Virus record (IMG/VR): IMGVR_UViG_3300042878_001565
Span: 27,180 to 91,179 of that record
Strand: one strand, 5' to 3'
DNA: 64,000 nucleotides
DNA from: a virus
Below are positions 48,411 to 58,311 of this stretch, piece after piece. Position 1 is the first letter of the stretch, and each line of letters opens with the position of its first letter. Position numbers and translations under genes: made by a program. Under the pieces are notes generated by a model, which saw only the letters and a program-made list of their open reading frames with translations, was not told the origin of the DNA and did no database searches.

Positions 48411-51146
48411 TTACTTGTTAGGTTTTTTCTGATCAAATTTATTCTTGTTTTCACGTGCGATTGCAAAATCCATTTGTTTGTTTCTGCTATCAGTTGCTAG
48501 TTTTTCACGATCCAAATCAAGTTTTTGTTGAGCAATATTGTTTCTATTGTTTTCTTTTTCTTGATTAAACCCCATTGTTTGTTGGTATTGTTCAGTAGAT
48601 TTAATTTCTTTCATTGCATCAGTGTAATCTGATTCTTGATTTTGATTAATATCTTGTTGAGCTCCATATCCAGAAGATTTAATTTCAGCTTCCAATAAAC
48701 GATTTCTACGATCTTTTTCTTTCTCTCTGGATTCATGATCCATAAGCATTTGTTTCTCTTGTTGTCTTGCTTGGATTTCAGCTTCTTGTTGTTGTTGTGC
48801 TTGTTGAGCTTCTTCTTGACGACGAGCATCTGCTTTTTGTTCAATTGCTTTTAATGCATTGTTAATTGTTCCTAAAGAGTCCGACTGCATAAGTTTACCT
48901 AAATCATAAACAGAAGCACCGGTTGTATTATTAGAAATAAATAATTGTTTTAACTGTTCAAGGATTGCACGATTATTTGCATTTGTATTACAGAATACAT
49001 TTAAGTCAATTAGTAATAAATCTGTACCATTGATTTCAAAATTTGCTCTTTCGTCTTGTGCAATCATTCCTTGCAAACGAACTGATGATTTTGTTGAATG
49101 ATAATACTGTGCAAGATTTGTACGCATCTCGTGTACACGCGGCATTAACTGATCGCAGTGTTGTGCAAAATATGTTTCAGTTTGTGCAAATGAACCAGTC
49201 ATTGCTTGTTCTACACCAGTTGCTGTATTTATCTGACCAAGTTGTTGGCCCATACGTTGAGGATTTAATCCCACAACTTCCATTGCTTGTTGTTTAAAGT
49301 AATTAGCTAATTGAATCCTAGACATCAATCTATTTGATTGTTCCATGTTTAAAACTTGGTAATGTTGGAAGTTGGTTGCACTTTCTGTATTAGCAATACT
49401 TGGATCTAATGGAAGCATAGAAAAATCTTTCATTGCTACGTATGCTTTAGCCAAGTTACCTTTCCCCCAGTCTTCACCCATAGAATGCTTTGGTAATGCA
49501 TTTTGGTCAAGTACAACGACAGTTCCAATCTCATCGATAAGAATGTCAGAGATTTGATTGTTAACTATGTTAAATCCAATCTGTGCAGGTTTCATTAAAT
49601 CTACTAATGAAATTGATTTAGTATTTCTGTCTGAAAACACACGACCTTCAATTGGAAGTTTACATCCGTATAATGTTTGATCACCTTTAAATTGGAAACG
49701 TAATGGTCCAGGAGTTCTTCTACCAACACCAATATAAATAGGATCAAAGTCGCTATCTTGACTTGTGTTAAAGATTGTACGGTTGTTACCTATCTTAACC
49801 CCACCAATAGTTTGGTTAATCCAAATCCATTCAATGTGGTCACCAAATACTAAATTGTTTTCAGTTTTATTTTCAGTGAATGTGGTGTTATATACTGGTT
49901 GATCAACAACCAAATAATGCTCATCTACAATTGATGTTATTACTGCACCATCTGCATCAATCTTTGTTAAGTGTCCTATCTTTCTTTGTGTTTTCCAATA
50001 CACTGTAGAAACACGTAACATTTCTGAATTATGTAAAAGTCCTGTGTGTTCACTTTCTCCAATGATCCAAGACACAACATCATGTGCATCGTATGCATTA
50101 TCCATGTAAGAAAGATGACGTTTCATATCAACTCCTGTTTTTCTATTTTCATCAACTGAAAGATCAGAATCATATAAAGAACCATCGTTTGGAACACCAT
50201 CAATCATATAACGAGCAGAACGCGCAGGATGCAATAATTCAAGTGTTTCTAATTGATCTGCTGTCATTAAGTATCCATACTTATCAACTACATCACCAAT
50301 AGTTAACATGTCAATCCATCCAGCCCAGTTTGCTTGAGAGATGTATTGTGTGCTTGGTGATTTATGATAAAATGTTAATGCTGGATTTAACAATTCAATA
50401 TTGTAATCATCTTCCAACATTTTAAAATGCCAGAACTCACAATCAGCAATCAATGAATCTCTAAAAGCAACTTCTTCCATTTCATCCATACGGAATCGAT
50501 TGACATCAATTGCATGTTGTTTAGAAGCCCATTGTTCTCCTAATGTTTGATATTTTTTAGAATAGAACTCTTCAATTCCTGGAAGTTTTTTTAATGCTTC
50601 TGGATCAAGTTGTTGTTGTGCTTCTTCGGAATTAGGATCCATTCCCATTTCTAGCATTTGAGCCATTAACTTTTGCTGTGCATGTTCAATCAATACAGAA
50701 CTTATATCCTGTACTTTTTTATCCATGATTTCATTAAAAGAATACTCATCTATAGCACGATAATCAATACGTGTATTTCTTTTTGCAAATTCACTAACAA
50801 GTGTATTGATTACATTTGGTATGATTGGATAGAATTTTAATTCCATTGCGCTATCACGATCTTCAGTAAGAACTTCCAACATCTCTGTCATGTCATTCTC
50901 TACAGTAGGAATGTAATCAGTCTTATCGATTGTACCTTTAGCCAACTTATAATTTTTCATTATACGTCGAGCCTTGGTAGAAATTTGTTTAATTCCTTGC
51001 CATTCTAACCAATCCATGTTATGTCTGTACCACTCATCATCTTTTTCATCAGCAGGTAAAAACTGTATTGGTTGGGTAAATACACCAAATTTACTTTTTT
51101 TGGTTTTTTTACCTTTCTTAATGTCCATTGCGTTTATTAACTCCAT
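48411..51146 (-). CDS. Portal protein
   Basis: 911 aa after TerL; LKFYPIIPNVINTL, YGCKLPIEG, SLVDLMKP.Q..FNIVNNQI, G..PQR.GQ...TATGVEQA motifs; coiled C-terminus. Confidence 0.9.
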   Translation of the reverse strand: MELINAMDIKKGKKTKKSKFGVFTQPIQFLPADEKDDEWYRHNMDWLEWQGIKQISTKARRIMKNYKLAKGTIDKTDYIPTVENDMTEMLEVLTEDRDSAMELKFYPIIPNVINTLVSEFAKRNTRIDYRAIDEYSFNEIMDKKVQDISSVLIEHAQQKLMAQMLEMGMDPNSEEAQQQLDPEALKKLPGIEEFYSKKYQTLGEQWASKQHAIDVNRFRMDEMEEVAFRDSLIADCEFWHFKMLEDDYNIELLNPALTFYHKSPSTQYISQANWAGWIDMLTIGDVVDKYGYLMTADQLETLELLHPARSARYMIDGVPNDGSLYDSDLSVDENRKTGVDMKRHLSYMDNAYDAHDVVSWIIGESEHTGLLHNSEMLRVSTVYWKTQRKIGHLTKIDADGAVITSIVDEHYLVVDQPVYNTTFTENKTENNLVFGDHIEWIWINQTIGGVKIGNNRTIFNTSQDSDFDPIYIGVGRRTPGPLRFQFKGDQTLYGCKLPIEGRVFSDRNTKSISLVDLMKPAQIGFNIVNNQISDILIDEIGTVVVLDQNALPKHSMGEDWGKGNLAKAYVAMKDFSMLPLDPSIANTESATNFQHYQVLNMEQSNRLMSRIQLANYFKQQAMEVVGLNPQRMGQQLGQINTATGVEQAMTGSFAQTETYFAQHCDQLMPRVHEMRTNLAQYYHSTKSSVRLQGMIAQDERANFEINGTDLLLIDLNVFCNTNANNRAILEQLKQLFISNNTTGASVYDLGKLMQSDSLGTINNALKAIEQKADARRQEEAQQAQQQQEAEIQARQQEKQMLMDHESREKEKDRRNRLLEAEIKSSGYGAQQDINQNQESDYTDAMKEIKSTEQYQQTMGFNQEKENNRNNIAQQKLDLDREKLATDSRNKQMDFAIARENKNKFDQKKPNK

Positions 51147-51147
51147 G

Positions 51148-53373
51148 CTATTTTAAATTTTTGAATGGGTTTCTACTTTTAGTAAAGCTACTACTTTGTT
51201 TGTTCATTCCGATATTTTTAAAAGGACTTCTATTTAATTTATACAAATTTTCTGAATTTTCCAAATATTGAGTGTCTTCATATTCAACTCTTTTCTTTAA
51301 ACCACGATTTGATTCTTGAATTTTAACAAAGGTAATCAATGCACCCAAAGAAATCAACCTATCGACATTGACTCCTGGTTGGTATTGTTCCATCTCCACC
51401 ATTGCCATAATATCAGGTATTCTGCTGATACCAAAATACTTTTTGTACACTTTACCATTTTCATCAACTTCCTCATCCAGTTCTTCTTTTAAGAACTCAA
51501 TTAGGTAACTTAACATAACTGTTTTAAACAGCGTTGATACGTTTCTCCAACCATATTGTTGGAATTGGGTTTTTGATGCTTGTACTTCTTTAGAAAGAAC
51601 CATTTGAGATGATGGAACCAAATACTTCTGTTTACGTTTGAATTGCATGTACTGAATGAATAACGGTACGTTGTTCTCAACTATTGTCCACGCTTGATAC
51701 CATTCAATTAATATTTCCAGACGTTCATGGGTTTTATTAATGTCATCGAAACGACCACACCAACAAGCAACAATTTTATCGCCTTCAATGTGTACTTCAA
51801 CGTCACCATTCTCTTTTACTCGTTGTACTTGTACAGGATTTTTGTAAATGTAAATAGAACACAACGATTCCGATGTAACGGTTTTACCTTCACCAACTGG
51901 ATCGACTGATGCAAAATATGTTGTACAGAAATCTTTTTCTTCATCTGGTTCTTCCCATACTTGAATTACACCAGTCTTGTCTTCTGCTGCTTTTTGTATT
52001 GGAAAGTCTTTGATTGGTGGTTTGTTTGTTAATGATGCAACAATTCCACCAAGAGTATCATACTCTAATTTGTATGATTTGTATGGATAGTCACCTTCTT
52101 CAATATCACGTTTATTACTTTTAATTAATTGTGTTGGAAATATACTTTCACCACGAAAAGCAAATGCTTCTTCTAAGTTAGTTGGATGCTGTGAAATACG
52201 AATTTGATATTGTTCTGGATCTAAATCTTTCTTCCATTGAATACGTTTTTCTTTAATTGATTCAAGTGCTTCGTCAACTTTACTGTTTCCAAACTCATCA
52301 ATAAAAGGCGGCATTGACCATTGTTCAGGAATAAACAATCCTGTTTCAGCAGTAACGCCTTTATCATTAATCCATTTATTTTTTATACCATAAAAGCCAT
52401 TTCCTTTTGGTTTGTACATGAATTTCTTCAATGGTTCACATTGTTTCAAATCACCCACAGATCCTGCAGCAATAAAGTATCCAGTAGTAATATCTCCAGA
52501 CTCCATTGCTGGACGCATGAACTCGTATGTGTTATCCATCGATTTAGCAATTCCAGCTTCCTCATAAAAGAATAATGTACATAAACCCCCTACCCCTGCT
52601 GTATCCGATTGTTCAAATGATAATGATTGAAGTACCCCTTTTCTTCCTTTTTCAGTCTTACGTCCATTCTCAACGTACTCAATCTTTTGTTGCCATTCTC
52701 CAACACCGCCTGGATTCATTGGACGATACCAAGCGGTATGTTTATTCAAGAAAATTCTATACGATTGTAAAATTTTCCATGTACCAGTTACACCTGTGAT
52801 GTACGCTGATAACGATGCTCCAATTTTTAGTATTGGCGATTGTTCGAACCAAAGTACATTTAGCAATTTTGCAGCGTGATATAATGAAGAACCAAACTGA
52901 CGTTTCTTTAAAACAACGCCATGCTCGTAATTTAATTCACCTATCCATTCATACAACGCCATGTGCATTTGTGAATCCCAAATGTCCGTAAAGTCATCTG
53001 TCTTTTTAACCTTGTCTGGTATTTGTAAAAAGTTAATCCAGAAATAGTAATCACGTGGTAAATACCATTGTTTAGTTCCTACTTTAAAAAATACTCCTTT
53101 CCTAGATTTTAATTTTTGGTCATCCCAGTAATTAATAAAATCTCGGCTTCCTTCTAATGCTTTGGTATAATAACCATGTTTTCTAAAGTGATTTCCTGGT
53201 TCCTGAAAGATTTGAATTGTTTCATCAAATTCATATTCACCGGGTTCTTTAAAGTAATTTGTTTCCAAATCATTTTTAAATTCTTCTCTTGATTCATATG
53301 ATACAAATCCCCATACCCCATTATCATAACAGGGTATTTCTTTGTATATAGGACCTAATTTATCACTTGCCAT
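51148..53373 (-). CDS. terL: Terminase large subunit
   Basis: LKKRQFGSS (Walker A-like), FFYEEAG (Walker B), ASVDPVGEG and VENN (RNase H-like nuclease), NVDRL. Confidence 0.92.
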   Translation of the reverse strand: MASDKLGPIYKEIPCYDNGVWGFVSYESREEFKNDLETNYFKEPGEYEFDETIQIFQEPGNHFRKHGYYTKALEGSRDFINYWDDQKLKSRKGVFFKVGTKQWYLPRDYYFWINFLQIPDKVKKTDDFTDIWDSQMHMALYEWIGELNYEHGVVLKKRQFGSSLYHAAKLLNVLWFEQSPILKIGASLSAYITGVTGTWKILQSYRIFLNKHTAWYRPMNPGGVGEWQQKIEYVENGRKTEKGRKGVLQSLSFEQSDTAGVGGLCTLFFYEEAGIAKSMDNTYEFMRPAMESGDITTGYFIAAGSVGDLKQCEPLKKFMYKPKGNGFYGIKNKWINDKGVTAETGLFIPEQWSMPPFIDEFGNSKVDEALESIKEKRIQWKKDLDPEQYQIRISQHPTNLEEAFAFRGESIFPTQLIKSNKRDIEEGDYPYKSYKLEYDTLGGIVASLTNKPPIKDFPIQKAAEDKTGVIQVWEEPDEEKDFCTTYFASVDPVGEGKTVTSESLCSIYIYKNPVQVQRVKENGDVEVHIEGDKIVACWCGRFDDINKTHERLEILIEWYQAWTIVENNVPLFIQYMQFKRKQKYLVPSSQMVLSKEVQASKTQFQQYGWRNVSTLFKTVMLSYLIEFLKEELDEEVDENGKVYKKYFGISRIPDIMAMVEMEQYQPGVNVDRLISLGALITFVKIQESNRGLKKRVEYEDTQYLENSENLYKLNRSPFKNIGMNKQSSSFTKSRNPFKNLK

Positions 53374-53383
53374 ATTTTAAGTA

Positions 53384-53896
53384 TTAATCATCATAAGATA
53401 ATCGACTTCCCCCTCTTGCTCTTGATGATTGTTCTTCTTCCAAATCTTTTGCTACACCTTTAAATGATTTTCGAATTCCATCAAAGTTTTTAGCAGCTTG
53501 AACTATTGCCGAAAGGTTACCATCTCTACCATCAGTAATGGTTTGAGTGTTCATATAATTAGCAAGTTCTTCAAGCATATTTGCGATACCATTGTATGCA
53601 CGTACAGTTGGCGTTTCATACAATCTCTTTGCTTTCTCCATTGCTTTTATAATCAACGGATCTTCTGTATCAAAGTCAGCTTTAATGTCTTTTAAAATCT
53701 CTCTATCTAGGCCATCTTGTGGTCTATTGAAATATGGATTTTCTTCACTGCGACAAGATAAGTAAAACAAGTAACAGAAAACCTTTATGTGGTTCTCTGG
53801 AAAATTATCAATGATGTTCTTGAACTCTGCAATAGCATAACAATGCTCTGTAGGAAGAAGAGTTTTTTCTTTAAGTTCGAATAGTTTAATGGCCAT
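53384..53896 (-). CDS. Hypothetical protein, candidate terminase small subunit
   Basis: Helical 170 aa immediately upstream of TerL; C-terminal RARGG. Confidence 0.45.
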   Translation of the reverse strand: MAIKLFELKEKTLLPTEHCYAIAEFKNIIDNFPENHIKVFCYLFYLSCRSEENPYFNRPQDGLDREILKDIKADFDTEDPLIIKAMEKAKRLYETPTVRAYNGIANMLEELANYMNTQTITDGRDGNLSAIVQAAKNFDGIRKSFKGVAKDLEEEQSSRARGGSRLSYDD

Positions 53897-54728
53897 TTCC
53901 TAATATTTTTTCGCGGTTTAACTGTACATATTTAAACATAGCAATTACTTCTTTTTCCAAGTATGGTATGTTGTATGGTGTGATGCTTTTAACCATTGCA
54001 TTTCCTTCTTTATCTAATTTTGCAATTGGATACCCATGTTTATTTAAACCAGCTAGTTCAAATTCAACATGATCGATACGCATTAATCCAGGTTCTAAAT
54101 TATAATTATGTTTTAACATCATGTACATATATGTACTTAACTGTAATGCATAATCGTTAAAGTTGCAATCATCCAGATGTGATAATGGACCAAGCATTTT
54201 TTTAGTTTTGCCTGTACGTGCATTTTTAAAACCTTCAGTATCAATTTTCTTGTTAGTTTTGTAATCATACAAATCAATTACATCAGCAACAACCTCAACT
54301 CTATCTGCTTGTCCACAAATACCCACAGACATTAAATAAATTAAATGTTCTGGATGTATGCCTTCAATTAATTGTTGTGCTGGTGCAATCTTAACACTAC
54401 CTTCCATTAATGGATTGATGATCGTTAAATCAATTCCTCTGCGTGTAATAGTGTTGCAATTCAATGTATCTTTTTCACGTTGGTCGTGATACCAGGAACC
54501 AACTGTTACAGCACGTGTATTTTCAGCTTTCCAGATTGCACGAATTTCTTCAGGAGTTTTACCAACATACTTTGGATTCTTTCCTTTAGAACAAGCGATG
54601 GACATTGCCATCTCATCGAATGGTTCTTTGAAATGATGTATTAATCTTGTGACACTAATCCAATCTATTGGCTCTGTTCCTTCAGCACTTACGTACTTGT
54701 GATCATCTGCATAAAATTTAATTGCCAT
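53886..54728 (-). CDS. PD-(D/E)XK nuclease (RecB/Cas4-like exonuclease)
   Basis: SVT.LI...GSWYH...E...ICGQADRV...YDYKTNK...YALQLSTY. Confidence 0.85.
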   Translation of the reverse strand: MAIKFYADDHKYVSAEGTEPIDWISVTRLIHHFKEPFDEMAMSIACSKGKNPKYVGKTPEEIRAIWKAENTRAVTVGSWYHDQREKDTLNCNTITRRGIDLTIINPLMEGSVKIAPAQQLIEGIHPEHLIYLMSVGICGQADRVEVVADVIDLYDYKTNKKIDTEGFKNARTGKTKKMLGPLSHLDDCNFNDYALQLSTYMYMMLKHNYNLEPGLMRIDHVEFELAGLNKHGYPIAKLDKEGNAMVKSITPYNIPYLEKEVIAMFKYVQLNREKILGNGH

Positions 54729-54731
54729 AGT

Positions 54732-55034
54732 TTATATTTTTAATCCTAAAATAATTCCTTCTGCTAATTTTTGAATCTCTTCGTCATCAGAATCCAACAT
54801 TCCAAATAATTGTTTACGTCTGGTTGCAGTCACTACACCTAAATCACTTGCTGCTTTTAAATGCTCGCGCATTGGACTTTGGCGTATTGTTTTGTTTATC
54901 ATAGCATGTCCTTTTGCTCCTGTCCGAATAGTAATATCTCTTGCACCTTCTAGTTTTTTACTATAAAAAGCTGATACTTCTTTTTTTACAAACTCATCAA
55001 AATTAAAATCTGTCATTAGATCATTCTGGAACAT
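54732..55034 (-). CDS. Hypothetical protein
   Basis: ORF tiles the operon. Confidence 0.5.
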   Translation of the reverse strand: MFQNDLMTDFNFDEFVKKEVSAFYSKKLEGARDITIRTGAKGHAMINKTIRQSPMREHLKAASDLGVVTATRRKQLFGMLDSDDEEIQKLAEGIILGLKI

Positions 55035-55338
55035 CTTCTCTTAATTTTTGTTGTAACATATATTCTTCCTCAAAGGTAAGGATTGCTTTCCATCTTGGTT
55101 CTTCCAATGGACAAGTTGCTGACAACGATCTCCATTTTAATTTCATTGAACATCCGCAATCACCACAACAAGGGCCGGTTCCAGGTACTGCACATTTTCC
55201 ATCAAATAATATACACCCTTCACAAAACTTTTTTCTTTCTGCTGCAATTTCTTCTATGTGATCAGTTTTGAATATGTTATTCTTGATCCCTTCCAGAATC
55301 TGCCCTTTTGCTTTCCAAATTTTTATTACGCTTTTCAT
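55021..55338 (-). CDS. Cys-rich putative metal-binding protein
   Basis: R..FCEGC...C......CCGDCGCSMKLK.R....CP...W. Confidence 0.6.
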   Translation of the reverse strand: MKSVIKIWKAKGQILEGIKNNIFKTDHIEEIAAERKKFCEGCILFDGKCAVPGTGPCCGDCGCSMKLKWRSLSATCPLEEPRWKAILTFEEEYMLQQKLREDVPE

Positions 55339-55672
55339 ACAATGGTTCGTAGTATTTATTACAATTTTCTAATGCTTCTTCTTTTTGAGTTAGTTGTTCC
55401 TGCGTGAACTTAAACCTAATAACTTTTTTAAAGTCTTCCTGTTCATTACTTGACAAGAGTTTTTTAAGCCCTGTAATGTCACGTTTTAATTTAACTCGAC
55501 TCAATCTCAATGTTCCAAGTCCATGAAGAAAGATTGTAGTATGCTTCATTGCTTCAATCTTTTTTCTTACAGTAGAGTAGTAAAAATCTACTACGTCTTG
55601 TGTTAGACTTTCAGATACCCCAAGGTCATCTGCAGTTTTCTTTATTAATGTTCTACCCTTTGTTGGTTTCAA
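55277..55672 (-). CDS. IHF/HU-like DNA-binding protein (TTG start)
   Basis: LIKKTADDLGVSE....VVDFYY..V...I.......IFLHGLGTL, an HU/IHF N-terminal pattern. Confidence 0.6.
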   Translation of the reverse strand: MKPTKGRTLIKKTADDLGVSESLTQDVVDFYYSTVRKKIEAMKHTTIFLHGLGTLRLSRVKLKRDITGLKKLLSSNEQEDFKKVIRFKFTQEQLTQKEEALENCNKYYEPLYEKRNKNLESKRADSGRDQE

Positions 55673-56024
55673 AATGAAATACTTTAAGGTTTAACAATAT
55701 GTTCCCAGTTGTAAGTATGTTCAACTCTTCAGTTAATGAAACAAGTTTGTTACCAAGTCCACTACGTTTAACTAATTTTTCTTTAACGCACTTGGTAATA
55801 AAATTTCTGGTCGTTTGCATATTACCAAAAATATCTTCTGTAACAACTTGTTCGCAAAAATCAGACATGTTTATTTCACCATACAAACCAAGTAAAGCCA
55901 GACAATCTTGTTGTGCTGGACTTAACCTAATTTTATTTACGAAACAATATTCATTAATCTGAAATCGAATGATGTCATACAATGATAAAGGGATTTGTCT
56001 ATTTACAACAAGTGCCTTCGCCAT
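55653..56024 (-). CDS. Putative winged-HTH protein
   Basis: QTTRNFITKCVKEKLVKRSG helix-wing pattern. Confidence 0.45.
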   Translation of the reverse strand: MAKALVVNRQIPLSLYDIIRFQINEYCFVNKIRLSPAQQDCLALLGLYGEINMSDFCEQVVTEDIFGNMQTTRNFITKCVKEKLVKRSGLGNKLVSLTEELNILTTGNILLNLKVFHFETNKG

Positions 56025-56026
56025 AA

Positions 56027-56287
56027 CTATTCAGCTTTTTTTTCTGGTTCATCACTTTCAGCAGCTGCTTCATTTTCTTGAAGTTGCATGTTAATTTGCA
56101 TGAACTCAATGCGTGATTTGAATCCATCTAAACGCGCTATTTCAATACGCGATTTACATTCTTCATACTCTGTTTGTAAACGTAGTAATGGTAACTGATC
56201 TTCAAAGAAAGCAATCTGCTTTGCTTTAAATTCTGCAAGTTGTTCTGGTGTGTAACTTACTTCTTTTTGGTTGGAATTTTCTGACAT
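56027..56287 (-). CDS. Hypothetical coiled-coil protein
   Basis: ORF preceded by a TAnnTTTG element. Confidence 0.55.
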   Translation of the reverse strand: MSENSNQKEVSYTPEQLAEFKAKQIAFFEDQLPLLRLQTEYEECKSRIEIARLDGFKSRIEFMQINMQLQENEAAAESDEPEKKAE

Positions 56288-56308
56288 AATATTTATTATT
56301 TATTGTCA

Positions 56309-56316
56309 CAAATATA
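56309..56316 (-). promoter_or_regulatory. Bacteroidota sigma-A -7 element (TATATTTG)
   Basis: Consensus match about 21 nt upstream of ATG 56287, downstream of a terminator. Confidence 0.6.
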
Positions 56317-56350
56317 CTACTAAATGGTTAACTAAAAAATGTTTAATCAT

Positions 56351-56376
56351 AAAAAAAGCTTCCGATGAAAGAAGCT
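56351..56376 (-). terminator. Rho-independent terminator
   Basis: AGCTTC-TTTCATCG-GAAGCT followed by a T tract. Confidence 0.65.
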
Positions 56377-56406
56377 GATTTATTTTAACTATATCTATAA
56401 GAGGTT

Positions 56407-56700
56407 TTATTTCAATCTACCATTGTTTCCTTTACCGTTTCTTGCTCTATTTTTGTTTGCAGATTCGCTAACTAATTTTCCCGATTTGGTATGTGATTTA
56501 TCTTTACCATCTTTGTTACCATAAGTTCCAGATTTTCTATTAGCTGAATTTAATTCTTCTCTGTATTTCACACGCGAAGGAGTAGAATGATATTCTTTAT
56601 TATATGCATTCTTCTTTTTTCTTGCTTCAGGATTTTCGGCAAAATACTTTGCAGATTTACTTGTTCCTGTTGATTTTCCAGCTAATGAATTTCTTGCCAT
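56407..56700 (-). CDS. Small basic protein, degenerate HNH-like
   Basis: GNKDGKDKSH...NKNRARN resembles minimal phage HNH proteins. Confidence 0.45.
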   Translation of the reverse strand: MARNSLAGKSTGTSKSAKYFAENPEARKKKNAYNKEYHSTPSRVKYREELNSANRKSGTYGNKDGKDKSHTKSGKLVSESANKNRARNGKGNNGRLK

Positions 56701-57296
56701 TATACAATATCTTTAGATTCAATTAATGTATATGAAAAATGATTACCATGAATCTTTGCAGCTAATTTACAAATTTTCATGAATGCATCAAAGTCTTTTA
56801 CTCTTTTGAATACTTGACATCCTTCTGACCAGTTCTCAACCCATGTAGAATCTTGTCCAGCTTTATGAATGTTTATACCAAACATTCCTGTATCTGTATT
56901 GTCTTCATCATACTCAAGATCTTTATCGACATCTCTAAATACTTTTACTGTCTGAAGTCTTTGGCACAAAGCATAATATTTACCTTGATGTTTATCAACA
57001 GTATAAGTTTTTCTATATTGTCCTGGAACAAGTCTTGCAACACCTTTTACATTGTGATATTGCTGCACACCTTTTTTACCTGGTTCAGTTGTAGCAGCCC
57101 ATTCAAAAAATTGCCAAACACCTTTATCATCTTTAAATGAAAGTGTTAATACATCATCAAATAAGTTTGTTACTTTTTTACCAGTCGAACTATTACGCAC
57201 ACCAACAATATTAACATCATATCCTTTGTTTGCTGCATCATTGAACCAAGCATAACCTTTTGCTATTACAGCTCTTTTAATTTGCTCTAACGTCAT
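56700..57296 (-). CDS. Putative endolysin with an L,D-transpeptidase(YkuD)-like His/Cys motif
   Basis: ATTEPG...LVPGQY...FGINIHKAG.....ENWSEGCQVF; adjacent to two holin-like genes. Confidence 0.55.
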   Translation of the reverse strand: MTLEQIKRAVIAKGYAWFNDAANKGYDVNIVGVRNSSTGKKVTNLFDDVLTLSFKDDKGVWQFFEWAATTEPGKKGVQQYHNVKGVARLVPGQYRKTYTVDKHQGKYYALCQRLQTVKVFRDVDKDLEYDEDNTDTGMFGINIHKAGQDSTWVENWSEGCQVFKRVKDFDAFMKICKLAAKIHGNHFSYTLIESKDIV

Positions 57297-57301
57297 ATAT
57301 T

Positions 57302-57535
57302 TTAGTTTTCAGGTTCAACGGTTGGATTATCTTCTTTAGTTAATTGCGAAAGAGCAGCTGTTGCTGTTCCCACTGCAACTAGATACCCAGCTCCGGTTAC
57401 GATAGCAACTGGCAATACTACTGGTGACGCAATTAATGCTGCTCCAACTGCTCCAACTATAATTCCAATGCGTTGTACTTTTTTCCAAAACTTTGGAGTT
57501 TTTGCTTTCCATCTTTCTTTTAAGTTTTCCATCAT
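57302..57535 (-). CDS. Holin-like small membrane protein
   Basis: RWKAKTPKFWKKV followed by two hydrophobic segments ending ALSQLT. Confidence 0.65.
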   Translation of the reverse strand: MMENLKERWKAKTPKFWKKVQRIGIIVGAVGAALIASPVVLPVAIVTGAGYLVAVGTATAALSQLTKEDNPTVEPEN

Positions 57536-58089
57536 TCTTCTTTTTTAGGTTCATCTTTAATGTATTTTGACAACTGTCTTAATATTGGTAAATATTCAGT
57601 CCAACCCAGCCTTTTAAAATTTTCAAGGTTTGACCAAATCAAATTTATAATAACAAAGTTATAAAAAGAATAATGCAACCATGAATAAATATTAAAGTTC
57701 CAACCAAAAAATGTTTTAACTGGTATATGTATTGATAAAGCATTTGAACAACCAATCATGATCATATATACTAATAACTTTAGCCAACCCTTTCCAAATA
57801 ATTCAGAATCAAATTGCATCTTTTCTTTTCTTGATGCTCTAATTCCTGTGAACATTTCTAAAAAGAAAAGTATGATTAAAACTATTCCAACTGGTAATTC
57901 TATTCCAAATACTAGATTAAAGTAATACGCTAGGAAAGCTAATACAGCACTCATTGCAGTTGCAAAACCTGCAAGATCTGGATGAAAGGTACTATTTAAA
58001 AAATGAGGTGTATCCTTATACCCTGCTGACATAACAAACTTACATATTATATTTTTCATTATACTATAACTCAAATTGGTTTCTAACAT
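57532..58089 (-). CDS. Holin (3-4 TM, toxin-secretion/phage lysis holin-like); likely start at MKNII
   Basis: Several TM helices; EMFTGI.AS...F.S...K; SNLENF..LG signature. Confidence 0.7.
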   Translation of the reverse strand: MLETNLSYSIMKNIICKFVMSAGYKDTPHFLNSTFHPDLAGFATAMSAVLAFLAYYFNLVFGIELPVGIVLIILFFLEMFTGIRASRKEKMQFDSELFGKGWLKLLVYMIMIGCSNALSIHIPVKTFFGWNFNIYSWLHYSFYNFVIINLIWSNLENFKRLGWTEYLPILRQLSKYIKDEPKKEE

Positions 58090-58306
58090 CTAACGGAATA
58101 TTCTCCATTAGTTGAAAATCTGCAAATAATAATGGTGTCATTTCAACTATTAAATCAGCTACAAAAGATAATAAATCTTGTTTTGTTGAAATAGTTTCAT
58201 AACTACATATATATTTAGAAATTTCTGGAATTGCAGGATAAACTTTTATGTTTACCTGACCATCGTCTAACACAATTGCTTCATATGTTAATGTAAATTT
58301 TTCCAT
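58064..58306 (-). CDS. Hypothetical protein (possible fibre chaperone)
   Basis: Small acidic ORF directly after a fibre gene. Confidence 0.45.
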   Translation of the reverse strand: MEKFTLTYEAIVLDDGQVNIKVYPAIPEISKYICSYETISTKQDLLSFVADLIVEMTPLLFADFQLMENIPLDVRNQFEL

Positions 58307-58311
58307 AATTA

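Noticed and set aside
45367-53373. Introns or inteins in terminase, portal or capsid genes
   Set aside because: ORFs are continuous and of expected size; no intein or homing-endonuclease motifs seen inside them.
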